Both the position numbers and the translations under genes were made by a program. Shown here in pieces: positions 35,262 to 45,626 of a stretch of DNA of 64,000 nt. The notes below the pieces were generated by a model. That model did not search any database, was not told where the DNA came from, and was given only the letters and a program-made list of their open reading frames with translations. Position 1 is the first letter of the stretch. Every line of letters starts with the position of its first letter. Source of the DNA: Candidatus Nanosyncoccus sp. (lineage in GTDB: Bacteria > Patescibacteriota > Saccharimonadia > Saccharimonadales > Saccharimonadaceae); NCBI GenBank assembly GCA_045604925.1, contig JAZUOZ010000016.1:15220-79219 (forward strand). The letters run 5' to 3'.

Positions 35262-37463
35262 TTACAATATGTGATACATACTGAAAACCGGAGCTAATGT
35301 GTTTGATACGGTAGACATCATTTTGATGAAGATATCCAGGGCGACGCCAACGACGTCTTTTCTGGTGTCTCCGATGGTATCACCGGTAACGGCTGCTTTG
35401 TGAGCGTCGCTGCCTTTTTTATAAACAACGTATTCGCCTTTTTCATCTTTGATAGGTTCGCCGTCTTCGCCGAGCTTGCGTAATAAACCAGCTTCGATCA
35501 GCTTCTTAGCATTGTCGAATGCTCCGCCGGAATTACCCATAAAGATAGCACGGGTAATTGCAACCAGTGTTGAGCCGATCAATAGTCCAAGAACAAAGAC
35601 CGGACCAAAGCAAAATCCTGCAACAACAGGGACGACAATCGCCAGAATTGATGGAACCAGCATATGCTTCAAAGCAGCGTCAGAGGCTCCCTTGATGATA
35701 GAATTATAGTCGGGTTTCTCGGTCCTTTCAAGAATACCGGGATGTTCGTTGAGCTGTTTTTCGCCTGCTTCTGCCAAGCTTTTAGCGGCACGAATGGTGT
35801 TTTTGGTAAGCATAGAGATAAAGTATTCAACTAAGCTTCCGCCAATCAGCAATCCAGCAACGAACATTAGTAGGGTCATGAAGTCGGAGAATGCCGGCAT
35901 ATCAAAGGACCCGATGAATGATATAATAAAGCCAATGGTTGCAAAAGTAGCTGCACCGATGGCATTACCTTTACCGATTGCTGCGGTAGTATTACCAGTA
36001 GCGTCTAATTCGTCTGTGATTTCTCTTATGTCATCTCCTAAACGACAACTTTCGGCGATACCGCCGGCGTTATCCGCAACGGGACCAAAAGCATCGATAG
36101 ATACCGTAGTACCAACGAAACTGAGCATTCCGACGGCGGCAATAGCGATCCCATACGGGCCGCAGAAGATTCCGGAAAGAATCATAGACAAGGTGATAAC
36201 GAGTATTGGTGCTAAAACTGAACGCGAGCCAATAGCATCACCTTCGGTGGCGACAAAGGCGTCACCCTCGGGAGCCATACGAGCAAGCGATTTGACAGAA
36301 CGGTATTTATAACTAGTGTAGACCTCTGTTAGCTTGCCGACTGCAACTGAGCTGACCATACCGAGTACGGCTGCCAACCATGGCGAAATCCAGCCAAGGC
36401 TAAAAGCATCAGGTAGTTCAACACTGCTACCAAAAATGAATCTGGCTGCGATTAGGCCAATCACTGCTACAGCTGCGGCTGAAACATAAGTTGCAACATT
36501 AAGCTCCATGGCCGGGTCAACATCTTCTCTAGAAACCTCAGTTTTGACACCGTCGATAACCTTATAACGTTTACGATTGATCAGAATAATCAACATTACT
36601 CCAACGATACTAGAAAGCAGACCGCCACTGACCAAGACAAATGGATAGATTGCGGCAGCTTGCATTACTGCTACGTCGCCAGAAAATTCGTAGAAAACGA
36701 TTAAGATGGCAGCAACAGGTGTAGCTACAAATGACTCAAGTAAGTCGGAAACGTTACCAGCGATATCGTTGACGCAATCGCCGATAAAATCAGCTATGGT
36801 GTTAGGCATACGCGAATCATCTTCAGGAAGATTATGTATATTTTTACCAACAATGTCGGCAGAAATATCGGCGGCCTTGGTATAATTACCACCAGCTACA
36901 CGATTAAACATCGCTACTAGAGAACAGCCTAAAGAAAAGGTCGTGAGTCTCATTGTTAGCGGATTACAATCGATAAGCGGAATTACGCCAGTCGATGTGG
37001 CATCCGGATTGATGCCGCCAGAGATAAGCCAAATGATACAGGCTCCGAGCAGACCAAATGCAGGTACGGCAAAACCACTGACACTGCCGCTCATCAGGGC
37101 AATGCGGATGGTTCTGCTCATGGCACCGGTAACGCGAGCGGCGTTGGCGGTACGAACATTGCCATAAGTTGCGGCACGCATACCGATAATACAGGCTGCG
37201 CTACTCATCGTGGCACCAAGAATAAAAGAGAGACCGGAGTACTGCTCTATAAGAATGGTGTAGATGAGCGCAACTATTAGAACTGTCGGTACAATAATTC
37301 GATACTCGCGGCGCATAAAAGTTTTGGCGCCGTTACGGATAATTCCGGCTAATTCTTGCATTTCGGCTGTTCCCTCTTTGTGCCTCTTGAGATTATAAAA
37401 GTTGAAGACGAGAAATATTGTCGCAAGAAGGCTTATACCAATTGCTATAACAAATATATTCAT
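35262..37463 (-). CDS. hppA: Membrane-bound ion-translocating pyrophosphatase
   Basis: About 16 TM segments. The motifs TGDTIGDTRKD and DFIGDCVNDIAGN are divergent but recognisable. SD aggagg lies 9 nt upstream of the ATG at 37463. Confidence 0.85.
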   Translation of the reverse strand: MNIFVIAIGISLLATIFLVFNFYNLKRHKEGTAEMQELAGIIRNGAKTFMRREYRIIVPTVLIVALIYTILIEQYSGLSFILGATMSSAACIIGMRAATYGNVRTANAARVTGAMSRTIRIALMSGSVSGFAVPAFGLLGACIIWLISGGINPDATSTGVIPLIDCNPLTMRLTTFSLGCSLVAMFNRVAGGNYTKAADISADIVGKNIHNLPEDDSRMPNTIADFIGDCVNDIAGNVSDLLESFVATPVAAILIVFYEFSGDVAVMQAAAIYPFVLVSGGLLSSIVGVMLIILINRKRYKVIDGVKTEVSREDVDPAMELNVATYVSAAAVAVIGLIAARFIFGSSVELPDAFSLGWISPWLAAVLGMVSSVAVGKLTEVYTSYKYRSVKSLARMAPEGDAFVATEGDAIGSRSVLAPILVITLSMILSGIFCGPYGIAIAAVGMLSFVGTTVSIDAFGPVADNAGGIAESCRLGDDIREITDELDATGNTTAAIGKGNAIGAATFATIGFIISFIGSFDMPAFSDFMTLLMFVAGLLIGGSLVEYFISMLTKNTIRAAKSLAEAGEKQLNEHPGILERTEKPDYNSIIKGASDAALKHMLVPSILAIVVPVVAGFCFGPVFVLGLLIGSTLVAITRAIFMGNSGGAFDNAKKLIEAGLLRKLGEDGEPIKDEKGEYVVYKKGSDAHKAAVTGDTIGDTRKDVVGVALDIFIKMMSTVSNTLAPVFSMYHIL

Positions 37464-37641
37464 ACATATCAACCTCCTTTCAATTGTTAATGTACGTGTT
37501 TTACAACAAAAAGTGCGCGCTCCTTAAACGCCCACTTGAGGTGTATCGTATCACATCTGGAAAGATTTGACAACGATGAGCGGTTTAACGGGCGGTTTGG
37601 CGGGGTTTATTTTATAGGGGTGGTGTGGTAAAATGGGAGTA

Positions 37642-39420
37642 ATGGAAGAAATTGCTGAGAAAATTCAGAGCATTGTGGTAGAGATTTTTGATGCCAAGAT
37701 AGATGTAGACGTAAAAGTCGCACCAGAAGGGCAAAAAGTCGGCGGTAAGCAAGCGGAGTTTGCGACGAATGTTTGTATGCAGCTAGCCGGGATCTTAAAA
37801 ATGAATCCACGTGAGGTGGCAGAGCAGATAATGTCGCGCCTTAGAAGCGATGAAAAGTTTGATTTTGAGGTAGAAATTGCCGGGCCGGGGTTTTTGAATT
37901 TTATAGCAAGAGATGAATATTGGAAGCATATTTTAGCCAATATGCGGGCAAATTTTGAAAAAAGTATATCATGTGATGTATATTCTGGACAGATAGTAGT
38001 TTGCGAGTTTTCTGATCCAAATCCGTTCAAGGTGCTACACGTGGGGCATTTATACACTTCGATTGTAGGCGATTCTATTTCGAGATTAGTAGAGTTTGCC
38101 GGTGGCAAGGTAGTGCGAGCGAATTTTGGGGGGGATGTAGGGTTGCATGTAGCCAAAAATATATATGCGATTCGAAAGAAGTTGACCAGTATTAATTCAT
38201 CTGGTTCAAAGGAAGTTAGTGAGAGAAAATCTGTCACAGATTTTGTCAAAGATATGAGCAAGAAAAGTTATACCGAACAGGCCGAGTTTTTGGGGAATCG
38301 TTATGTAGAAGGTACGCGTGCATATGATGATGACGAGGCCGCCAAGAAAGAAATTACTAGACTCAATGCAATTTTATTTGAAATTTCTGGCTCGGGCGAG
38401 GATAAGAAGTGGAATGATACCGAATATGCAGAAATCGCAACAATTTACTGGTGGGGTAGAAATGCTAGTTATGAATATTTTAAGGATTTTTATGCCAAAA
38501 TTGGGTTGGTTTTTGATAAGTATTATCCAGAAAGTGCAGTTGCTGGACGCGGGTTAAGAGAAGTTGAAGCGCAAATAGGTAAAGTTTATAAAGAGAGTAA
38601 TGGCGCGGTAGTTTTCGAAGGTGAGCCTTATGGTTTGCATACGCGCGTATTTATCAATACTGAAGGCTTGCCGACTTATGAGACTAAGGATGTAGGATTG
38701 CTATTTACTAAATGGGATGATTATAAATTTGATCAATCGGTAGTTATTACTGGTAATGAGCAGCTAGATTATATGAAGGTTGTTTTGAAATCAGTAGAGC
38801 AGTATGCGCCGGAGTTGGTAGAAAAAACTAAGCACTTAACTCATGGAATGGTCAGATTACCAGGAAATGCAAAAATGTCTTCTAGGAAAGGGAACTTCAT
38901 TAAAGCCGTGGACGTGTTAGAAGAAGTTTCCAACTTGGTTCCAATGGGAGTAGCAGGTGAAACAGCACACGAAATGGTCAGTCTAGGGGCGATTAAATAT
39001 GCGTTTTTGAAGTATAAAATTGGCGGGAATATTGAGTTTGACGCAAAAGAATGTGTGTCGACGACGGGGAATTCTGGGGTCTATCTACAGTATTCGGCGG
39101 TGCGTGCGAAGAAAGTGCTATCGGCGGTTTCTTCGTTGTCAACGGGTGCGCGCTGGGAGTTGAACGAGCATGAGAAAAAGTTGATCCGAAAACTGGCGCA
39201 GTATAAATATGTGCTGGAAGAGGCGGTGAGAGATTTGATGCCAAATAAATTGGCTGGATATTTGTTTGAAACGGCACAAGAATTTTCGAGATTTTATGAA
39301 AAAGTGAAAGTGGCTGGGAGTGAGTATGAGGCCGAGCGCGCACAAATTGTGGCGACATATCTTGATGTAATGACGCACGGATTAAATTTATTTGGAATTG
39401 AAGTGCCGGAAGAAATGTAA
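37642..39420 (+). CDS. argS: Arginine--tRNA ligase
   Basis: SDPNPFKVLHVGHL (HIGH region), KMSSRKG, and a C-terminal DALR-type anticodon-binding domain. An alternative start is at 37633. Confidence 0.9.
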   Translation: MEEIAEKIQSIVVEIFDAKIDVDVKVAPEGQKVGGKQAEFATNVCMQLAGILKMNPREVAEQIMSRLRSDEKFDFEVEIAGPGFLNFIARDEYWKHILANMRANFEKSISCDVYSGQIVVCEFSDPNPFKVLHVGHLYTSIVGDSISRLVEFAGGKVVRANFGGDVGLHVAKNIYAIRKKLTSINSSGSKEVSERKSVTDFVKDMSKKSYTEQAEFLGNRYVEGTRAYDDDEAAKKEITRLNAILFEISGSGEDKKWNDTEYAEIATIYWWGRNASYEYFKDFYAKIGLVFDKYYPESAVAGRGLREVEAQIGKVYKESNGAVVFEGEPYGLHTRVFINTEGLPTYETKDVGLLFTKWDDYKFDQSVVITGNEQLDYMKVVLKSVEQYAPELVEKTKHLTHGMVRLPGNAKMSSRKGNFIKAVDVLEEVSNLVPMGVAGETAHEMVSLGAIKYAFLKYKIGGNIEFDAKECVSTTGNSGVYLQYSAVRAKKVLSAVSSLSTGARWELNEHEKKLIRKLAQYKYVLEEAVRDLMPNKLAGYLFETAQEFSRFYEKVKVAGSEYEAERAQIVATYLDVMTHGLNLFGIEVPEEM

Positions 39421-39463
39421 ATTATGAGGGAAGAAAGCGCAATATTAGAAAAGGAAAATTGAG

Positions 39464-39901
39464 ATGGTAGAGAAATCTGAGCCAAAAAAAGAGAAAAGTT
39501 GTGGTGGCGTAATTATAGATGATGGAAAAGTTTTGGTGGTTCGCCAGAGCAATGAGGAAAATGAGATTGTTTGTTTTCCAAAGGGACATGTTGAATCCGG
39601 AGAAACTGAAATGGGCACTGCAAAACGCGAGATTTTGGAGGAAACTGGTATAGACACAGAGCTTGACGCTACGAAACGAGTGGAGCTATTTTATCATATT
39701 GACGATCAAGGTATGGACATAGAAAAGACCGTAGTATTGTTCGCTGGTAGTCCGGTTGGTGGTATTGATACGACTCCGCAAGCCGGCGAAATTGAGGAAG
39801 CAAAATGGATTGAGATTGCCGACGTCGAAGAAGCTTTAGTGCGTGATGTTTGGAAAGACGCTTGGCGAAAAATGCGGGAGATGATTGAGGAGGAATTATG
39901 A
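39464..39901 (+). CDS. NUDIX hydrolase
   Basis: Nudix box GHVESGETEMGTAKREILEETGI. Confidence 0.85.
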   Translation: MVEKSEPKKEKSCGGVIIDDGKVLVVRQSNEENEIVCFPKGHVESGETEMGTAKREILEETGIDTELDATKRVELFYHIDDQGMDIEKTVVLFAGSPVGGIDTTPQAGEIEEAKWIEIADVEEALVRDVWKDAWRKMREMIEEEL

Positions 39902-40455
39902 AAAAAGCAACTTTGCTGTGGATAGATTTGGAGATGACCGGACTAGTGCCGGGGAAGGACAAAATCTTGGAGGTGGCGGCGATTGCGACTGATTGGAAAA
40001 TGGAGAAAATTGCAGAGTATACGGGAGTGGTAAAAGTCTCAGAAAAGCTGATGCGAGAGCGGATGGTGGGAGAGTTTTGGGATAAAAATGACCAGTCGCG
40101 ACAAGCGTTAATTGAACAAAACGCTAGCGGGAAGCCGGTAGCAGCGATCGAAGATGAGCTACTAGATTTTATTGCAGAAAACTTTGCAAAACAAAGTATT
40201 GAAAGCGATGATAAAGGCAAGGGTAAGATTATTTTGGCGGGGAATTCTATCCACCAAGACCGGAAGTTTATTGATATTGAAATGCCGCGGTTGGTAAAAA
40301 AATTACATTATCGGATGCTAGATGTGAGCGCGTGGAAAGTGTATTTTGAGGGGGCGCTGGGCAAAAAGTATACAAAACGAGAGTTGCACCGGGCGCTAGA
40401 TGACATCGAGGGGAGCATTGAGGAGCTAAAATGGTACCTTTCGTTTATGAAATAA
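39898..40455 (+). CDS. orn: Oligoribonuclease
   Basis: DEDDh motifs: WIDLEMTGL, GNSIHQDRKF, HYRMLDVS and HRALDDI. The start overlaps the NUDIX stop (ATGA). Confidence 0.85.
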   Translation: MKKATLLWIDLEMTGLVPGKDKILEVAAIATDWKMEKIAEYTGVVKVSEKLMRERMVGEFWDKNDQSRQALIEQNASGKPVAAIEDELLDFIAENFAKQSIESDDKGKGKIILAGNSIHQDRKFIDIEMPRLVKKLHYRMLDVSAWKVYFEGALGKKYTKRELHRALDDIEGSIEELKWYLSFMK

Positions 40456-40491
40456 GGTGGTTAGAGAAAAATTGATTAGGGTTTTTGAAAA

Positions 40492-40851
40492 ATGGAATTT
40501 GAGATAGAAAAAGTTGGCGGAATTGGCGAATACACAGTAGAGAAGATATCTGTGGGTGAGGGAGTCGATGCCGAAGAAGTGACGGTTTATCGGGCCACAA
40601 AACAGAGCGAGGATGTTGCTAGCGAGGGGAATATAACAGAGGAGCTGAGGGCGTTTTTGGTGGTGCGGAAAAATACTTTGGAGGTGAGGACGGATAAGAA
40701 ACTGCGAGAACTTTTGCGCGAGAGGTATGAGAGTGTGATGGAGAGCCGGTATTTTGGCAAAGGGGGGATAGAGATAGTCAATTCTGGACAAATTTCTGGT
40801 GACGAAATTAATGATTTGATTAGGCTAAGCTATACCCTATCAAAGCAATAA
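40492..40851 (+). CDS. Hypothetical protein, possibly MmcQ/YjbR-like
   Basis: 119 aa. The C-terminal LIRLSYTL resembles the YjbR family ending. This is a weak call. Confidence 0.35.
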   Translation: MEFEIEKVGGIGEYTVEKISVGEGVDAEEVTVYRATKQSEDVASEGNITEELRAFLVVRKNTLEVRTDKKLRELLRERYESVMESRYFGKGGIEIVNSGQISGDEINDLIRLSYTLSKQ

Positions 40852-41000
40852 AGTAGTTTTTGGAGTTTGGGACTTGTTCATTGCTATTTTTACAACAAAA
40901 TATTCTTTGAATATGGACGACAATTGTTGTTGTAAAAATAGCACTCACAAATCTGGTCTAAATCTCATTACAAACTCAAAAACTACTTTATTGCTTTGAT
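40839..41000. repeat. 162-bp nested palindrome spanning the ends of two convergent genes
   Basis: The outer arms are atcaaagcaataaagtagtttttg(g)agtttg and its complement at 40971..41000. An inner 16-bp perfect stem is gctatttttacaacaa / ttgttgtaaaaatagc. Confidence 0.85.
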
Positions 41001-42287
41001 GGCAGTAGCGGTGATCTTGAGATCTTCAAACGGATGTGGACCGTCGGCGCGAAGGATGGTTTTTTCGTGGCCTTTGCCGAGGATGAGGACAAGATCGCCT
41101 GGTTTAGCGATAGAAATAGCATGCTCGATCGCGTCTTTTCGATTAACGATTTTGATGATTTGGCTGTCTTTCATACCGGCTTCTTTACAGCCTTCCGCGA
41201 ATTCGTCAATGATAATGTTTGGATCTTCGTCTCGAGAGTCGTCTTCGGTAATAATGCAAATATCGCTGTTTTTACCGGCAATTGTTCCGCGAGTTTTGCG
41301 AGTAGACTCGTCGCGGCGGCCTGCGCCACCGAAGAGGGAAATAGTGCGACCCTTGTGGCCTTTGACTGAAGAAAATACTTTTTCGAAAGCGTCTGGAGTG
41401 TGGGCAAAATCTACAATGCAGTCAAAATTTTGACCGAGAGCCAGGCGATTCATGCGACCTTCTACTTCTGTAAGGGCATAGAGTCCGTCGCTGATTTGTT
41501 TGCTTGATAGGCTGAGTTTTTTGCCGACGCAGGCAGCAGCAAGGGAATTATAGGCGTTGAATTTACCAGGGATTCGGGTTTTTATCTTGAAGGAATCTTT
41601 GGAATTTTTAATATCATTGTATGTATATTCTATGCCAGCAGCGGTGGATTTGAGGTTTTTTGCGCGGATATTACCTGATTTTATACCATAAGTAGTATAA
41701 TTTGGCTTTTTAAGTGAGCTAATAAACTGTTTGGCGGAGGGATCATCGGCGTTGATGACGCCAAATTTTGCTTGTCTAAACAGCTTGCATTTTGCTGCGA
41801 GGTAGTTTTTAAAAGTCTTGTGGTAATCAAGATGTTCGTGAGTGACGTTGGTCATAACGGCAATTTCAAAATTGAGCCCAAGAGTGCGGTACTGGGCGAG
41901 CGCATGAGAGGTAACTTCTAGAATCAAGAACTCTGCACCGGCGTCTGCGATAGTCTTGATGCGATGATTAAGAGTAGAAGGTTTGACCGTGGTCATGTGT
42001 TCAACTTGCTTGATAAGGCCTTCTTTATTAGGGGTGGAAGTGCCTTGTTTTTTAAGTCCTGGCACGCCCCAAGCGACAGTGGTCATCAGGCCAGTCTTTA
42101 TGCCTGCGTGATTTAGCATTTTCCAGATCATAAAAGAAGTAGTGGTTTTGCCGTTGGTACCTGTGACGCCGATGATGCGAAGGCGTTTACCGGGAAAGCC
42201 CGAACGAGCAGAGGAGGTAAGTGACTGGATGTAATGATATGGTAAAACGAGAGTATTATATCCGGGGATCAGGTCTTTGAAAGTCAT
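40983..42287 (-). CDS. murE: Mur ligase, MurE-like (UDP-MurNAc-tripeptide synthetase) with a short N-terminal domain
   Basis: GVTGTNGKTTT P-loop, a central domain, C-terminal DDSRDEDP (where the DNPR motif sits) and LGKGHE. The ATG lies 6 nt after TATAAT. Confidence 0.65.
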   Translation of the reverse strand: MTFKDLIPGYNTLVLPYHYIQSLTSSARSGFPGKRLRIIGVTGTNGKTTTSFMIWKMLNHAGIKTGLMTTVAWGVPGLKKQGTSTPNKEGLIKQVEHMTTVKPSTLNHRIKTIADAGAEFLILEVTSHALAQYRTLGLNFEIAVMTNVTHEHLDYHKTFKNYLAAKCKLFRQAKFGVINADDPSAKQFISSLKKPNYTTYGIKSGNIRAKNLKSTAAGIEYTYNDIKNSKDSFKIKTRIPGKFNAYNSLAAACVGKKLSLSSKQISDGLYALTEVEGRMNRLALGQNFDCIVDFAHTPDAFEKVFSSVKGHKGRTISLFGGAGRRDESTRKTRGTIAGKNSDICIITEDDSRDEDPNIIIDEFAEGCKEAGMKDSQIIKIVNRKDAIEHAISIAKPGDLVLILGKGHEKTILRADGPHPFEDLKITATAIKAIK

Positions 42288-42326
42288 ATTGTAATTATAG
42301 CACGTGTGGTAAAATTAGATTAGAAA

Positions 42327-43277
42327 ATGGTAGTAGCCATGGAAAAAATAATGAACAAGAAACATAAAACAATCGTGTTGGTTTCATGCTTTGTAATAGC
42401 GGTCTTGATGATTCTAGCTGGAACAACAGCTGCGCTTAGCCTAGCTAATACGGCGAACAAGGAGGAAGATAATTTATCTGATGTTGGTTCTCTGGATGAG
42501 GAGGAGAATGCGAATGAATTATCCGAAGACACAAATGAAAACAAAAAAGAAGAGACCCAGAGCGAAAGCGTTAGTCAACCAAACGCAACGCCTTCTTCGG
42601 ACCAAAATGTAACTTATAATTGGGCGAATTGCACGGTAAATTTTGGACCATTGATACTGATTAATGCTAATTTTACAGTTAGCGACACTTACATTACGGC
42701 GCGGAGAAATGAGCTGATTAATTTGACAGTAACATACGGGATAAACGAACTGAACGGATATAACGGTGTGCCATTAATGGAACCTGAGGCAGCGATGCAT
42801 CTGAATCAGATGATTGTGGATTATGAGTCGGAAAATCCAGGGAATGAAATGAAAACAGTTTCTTGCTATCGGAGGTACGGAACGTCCTGTGGAAGGCTTT
42901 GTGCGGCAACTGGGACTTCAGAACATCATTCTGGGTATGCCTGCGATTTAATAGATACGGCGTATGGCACAACGTTAGATACAGATGATTATGGCGCACA
43001 TAAAGAATGGCAATGGCTGAAAGTGAATTCGTATAAATATGGGTTTATAGATCGTTATCCATTGGAATGGGCGGGCGGTCCGATGTCGCAGCCGTTGAAC
43101 GTGAACGAAAATGGGACAACAGGATATTACGAGACTTGGCACTATCGATATGTCGGGGTCGCGGCGGCGACAGAAATCGCAACTGGAAAATATAATGGTG
43201 GGAAGTATGATTCACTTGAACATTATCTAAAAGCAAGAGGGTTAGTAAAAGATTTGCGCGCTGGAACCTGTAATTAA
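42327..43277 (+). CDS. M15-family D-Ala-D-Ala carboxypeptidase (VanY-like)
   Basis: SEHHSGYACD zinc-ligand motif and WQWLKVNSYKYGFIDRYP...ETWHYRYVG, with an N-terminal TM anchor. Confidence 0.75.
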   Translation: MVVAMEKIMNKKHKTIVLVSCFVIAVLMILAGTTAALSLANTANKEEDNLSDVGSLDEEENANELSEDTNENKKEETQSESVSQPNATPSSDQNVTYNWANCTVNFGPLILINANFTVSDTYITARRNELINLTVTYGINELNGYNGVPLMEPEAAMHLNQMIVDYESENPGNEMKTVSCYRRYGTSCGRLCAATGTSEHHSGYACDLIDTAYGTTLDTDDYGAHKEWQWLKVNSYKYGFIDRYPLEWAGGPMSQPLNVNENGTTGYYETWHYRYVGVAAATEIATGKYNGGKYDSLEHYLKARGLVKDLRAGTCN

Positions 43278-43295
43278 CAGAGTTAGATGAGACAA

Positions 43296-43322
43296 TTAGC
43301 ACTCTAGGGTTGACAGTGCTAA
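43296..43322. promoter_or_regulatory. CIRCE operator (HrcA site) overlapping the groESL promoter
   Basis: TTAGCACTC-N9-cAGTGCTAA has one mismatch to the consensus. TTGACA at 43310..43315 and TAAAAT at 43332..43337 overlap or follow it. Confidence 0.8.
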
Positions 43323-43391
43323 TTTTTGATGTAAAATAGAGGTAATAAGTGCCGACAATAAATTGTGACTTGGCACAGAAAAGGAGTGTAA

Positions 43392-43646
43392 ATGGCGATT
43401 AAACCACTAAAGAATAAAATTGTGGCCGTAAAAGAGGAGCCACTGACAAAAACAAAATCTGGCATTTTGCTAGGTGAGGCAAAGGAAGTGCCGGCCTATG
43501 CGGTAGTTGAATCTGTTGGCCCGGAAGTAGAGAATATCAAGAAAGGCGACAAAATTATTTATAAAGAATTTTCTACAACCAACATCAAAGTAGATGATAA
43601 AGATTATATTATCGTTGCGGACGAAGATGTTTTAGCAACGATGTAA
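43392..43646 (+). CDS. groES: Co-chaperonin GroES
   Basis: IKPLKNKIVA...KSGILL...GDKIIY pattern. It lies directly upstream of groEL. SD aaaggag. Confidence 0.9.
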   Translation: MAIKPLKNKIVAVKEEPLTKTKSGILLGEAKEVPAYAVVESVGPEVENIKKGDKIIYKEFSTTNIKVDDKDYIIVADEDVLATM

Positions 43647-43688
43647 CTTTGTATAGGTTGTTGGACGAATAATTAAGAAAGGAAAAAT

Positions 43689-45308
43689 ATGGCAAAGAAG
43701 ATTTTCTACGAAGCAGAGGCGAGAGATAAAGTTCTCTCTGGCGCAAAGCAACTATATGATGCAGTCAAGGTGACTTATGGACCAAAAGGTCAGAATGTGG
43801 TAATTGAGAAAAGTTATGGTGGTCCGACAATTACTCATGACGGCGTAACAGTAGCAGAGGCAGTCGACCTCGGTTCGACAGACGATAATTTGGGCGAGCA
43901 GATTGGTGCTAAGCTAATCAAAACCGCTGCGCAGAAGTTAAACAAGGTGGCTGGTGACGGTACGACTACAGTAACAGTTTTGACCTATAATATTATCTCA
44001 GAGGCGAATAAATTGATTGCTGCAGGGGTTAACCCGATGGAACTCCGCAAAGGAATCGAAAAGGCCGGCGCGGAAATAGTAAAAGGAATTGACAAGGTCG
44101 CTGAAAAAATTGATGGCGATGATAAAAAAGTTGCAGAGGTAGCAACAATTTCTGCAGGCGATGCCGAGATTGGTAAGTTAATCGCCGAGGTGATTTCCAA
44201 GATCGGTAAAGATGGCGTGGTGACGGTTGAGGCTGGCCAAGGCTTAGAGATGGAACAAGAGATTGTCGAGGGCTTCTCCTATGATAAGGGATATTCGTCT
44301 CCGTTCTTCATTACTGATACGAATCGTCAAGAGGCAGTGTTTGATAAGCCAGCTATTTTGGTGACTGACAAGAAAATCTCGGCAGCGAGTGACATTTTGC
44401 CACTACTAGAAAAATGCGCTCAGGCTGGTAAAAAAGACCTAGTAATTATTGCCGAAGAGGTCGAAGGCGAAGCATTAAGCCTGTTAGTCTTGAATAAACT
44501 GAAAGGTGTGTTTAATACGCTAGTTTTGAAGGCCCCGGCTTTTGGTGAGCGCCGTAAGGAAATTTTAGAAGATATTGCAATTTTGACAGGTGCGAATGTT
44601 GCAAGCGAGGAACGAGGGGTCAAGCTAGAAGAAGCAGGTTTGGAGATTCTTGGTTCGGCTGCAAAGGTAATCGCGACGAAGGACGAGTCCACTATTATCA
44701 AGGGTGCAGGTGTAGCCGCAGAAGTAAAAGCGCGTATTGGTTTGATTAACTCTCAAGCCGAAATGGCCACAAGTGATTATGAACGCGGAGAGTTTGAAAA
44801 GCGGGCGGCAGCGCTTTCTGGCAAGGTAGCGGTGATTAAAGTTGGTGGCGCTACGGAGACGGAGATTGATGAAAAGAAGTTCCGAGTAGATGATGCTGTG
44901 GCAGCTACTAAGGCCGCGCTATCTGAGGGGATTGTGCCGGGTGGAGGTGTGACGCTGCTCAATTTGGCTGATTCGATCAAGGGTGGCGATGCAGGTGTAA
45001 AGATTGTGCGAGAAGCTTTGAAAGCACCGTTTACTACTATTATGGAAAACGCTGGGTTAAATGCGCAAGCATTGCTCGCGCAAGTCGAAGGCGCCAAAGC
45101 TGGTCAGGGAATTAATGTGATGGAGCCAGACGCAGGGCTGATTGACCTGAAAAAAGCTGGAATTATTGATCCGGCACGCGTAACGCGTGAGGCAGTACAA
45201 AATGCTATTTCCATTGCCGCGACGACGATTACCATGGGTGCTTTGATTGCCGAAGTACCAGAGAAAGAAAAGGTAGCTCCGGCGGCTGATATGGGCGGGA
45301 TGTATTAG
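43689..45308 (+). CDS. groEL: Chaperonin GroEL
   Basis: AGDGTTTVTVL, full length of 539 aa, and a C-terminal GGMY tail. Confidence 0.97.
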   Translation: MAKKIFYEAEARDKVLSGAKQLYDAVKVTYGPKGQNVVIEKSYGGPTITHDGVTVAEAVDLGSTDDNLGEQIGAKLIKTAAQKLNKVAGDGTTTVTVLTYNIISEANKLIAAGVNPMELRKGIEKAGAEIVKGIDKVAEKIDGDDKKVAEVATISAGDAEIGKLIAEVISKIGKDGVVTVEAGQGLEMEQEIVEGFSYDKGYSSPFFITDTNRQEAVFDKPAILVTDKKISAASDILPLLEKCAQAGKKDLVIIAEEVEGEALSLLVLNKLKGVFNTLVLKAPAFGERRKEILEDIAILTGANVASEERGVKLEEAGLEILGSAAKVIATKDESTIIKGAGVAAEVKARIGLINSQAEMATSDYERGEFEKRAAALSGKVAVIKVGGATETEIDEKKFRVDDAVAATKAALSEGIVPGGGVTLLNLADSIKGGDAGVKIVREALKAPFTTIMENAGLNAQALLAQVEGAKAGQGINVMEPDAGLIDLKKAGIIDPARVTREAVQNAISIAATTITMGALIAEVPEKEKVAPAADMGGMY

Positions 45309-45338
45309 CCCAGGCTTACAACTTATTACTCGATTTTG

Positions 45339-45527
45339 CTACTCTGCTAGGCAGCGGAGAGAGAACCCGTAGTACTTGTAGTCGCGGTGCGCAGGGAAGA
45401 CTGCTCCGCTACCACCCAGGCGCAGAAGGTAAGCGTAGGTAGCAGAAGAGTAGGCAGAGCTAGACCAGTAGTAGCCGCTCGTACCTTGGCTGCTCATACT
45501 GGTACTATTGCGGTCGCCGCTCAGCAC
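45339..45527 (-). pseudogene. C-terminal fragment resembling the Fibrobacter-type paralogous domain (TIGR02145-like)
   Basis: GYYWSSS...YYGFSLRCLAE resembles the family ending GYYWSST...G.SVRC. Only about 60 codons remain, with no credible start or SD. Confidence 0.35.
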
Positions 45528-45626
45528 AAGGTTTGGTCCAGTGGAGTCAGTGAGTAGTTGGTAGATGGTGTGGGTATTCTCATTACGCTTGTCGGCGGTG
45601 TTTTATCGTGCTAAAATTCAAGTATT

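Noticed and set aside
35749-36312. 187-aa plus-strand ORF inside hppA, and others at 35449..35709 and 36943..37167
   Set aside because: They lie antisense to a confidently identified pyrophosphatase gene, so they are shadow ORFs.
39669-40220. 183-aa minus-strand ORF spanning the NUDIX and orn genes
   Set aside because: It overlaps two well-supported plus-strand genes and has no motifs.
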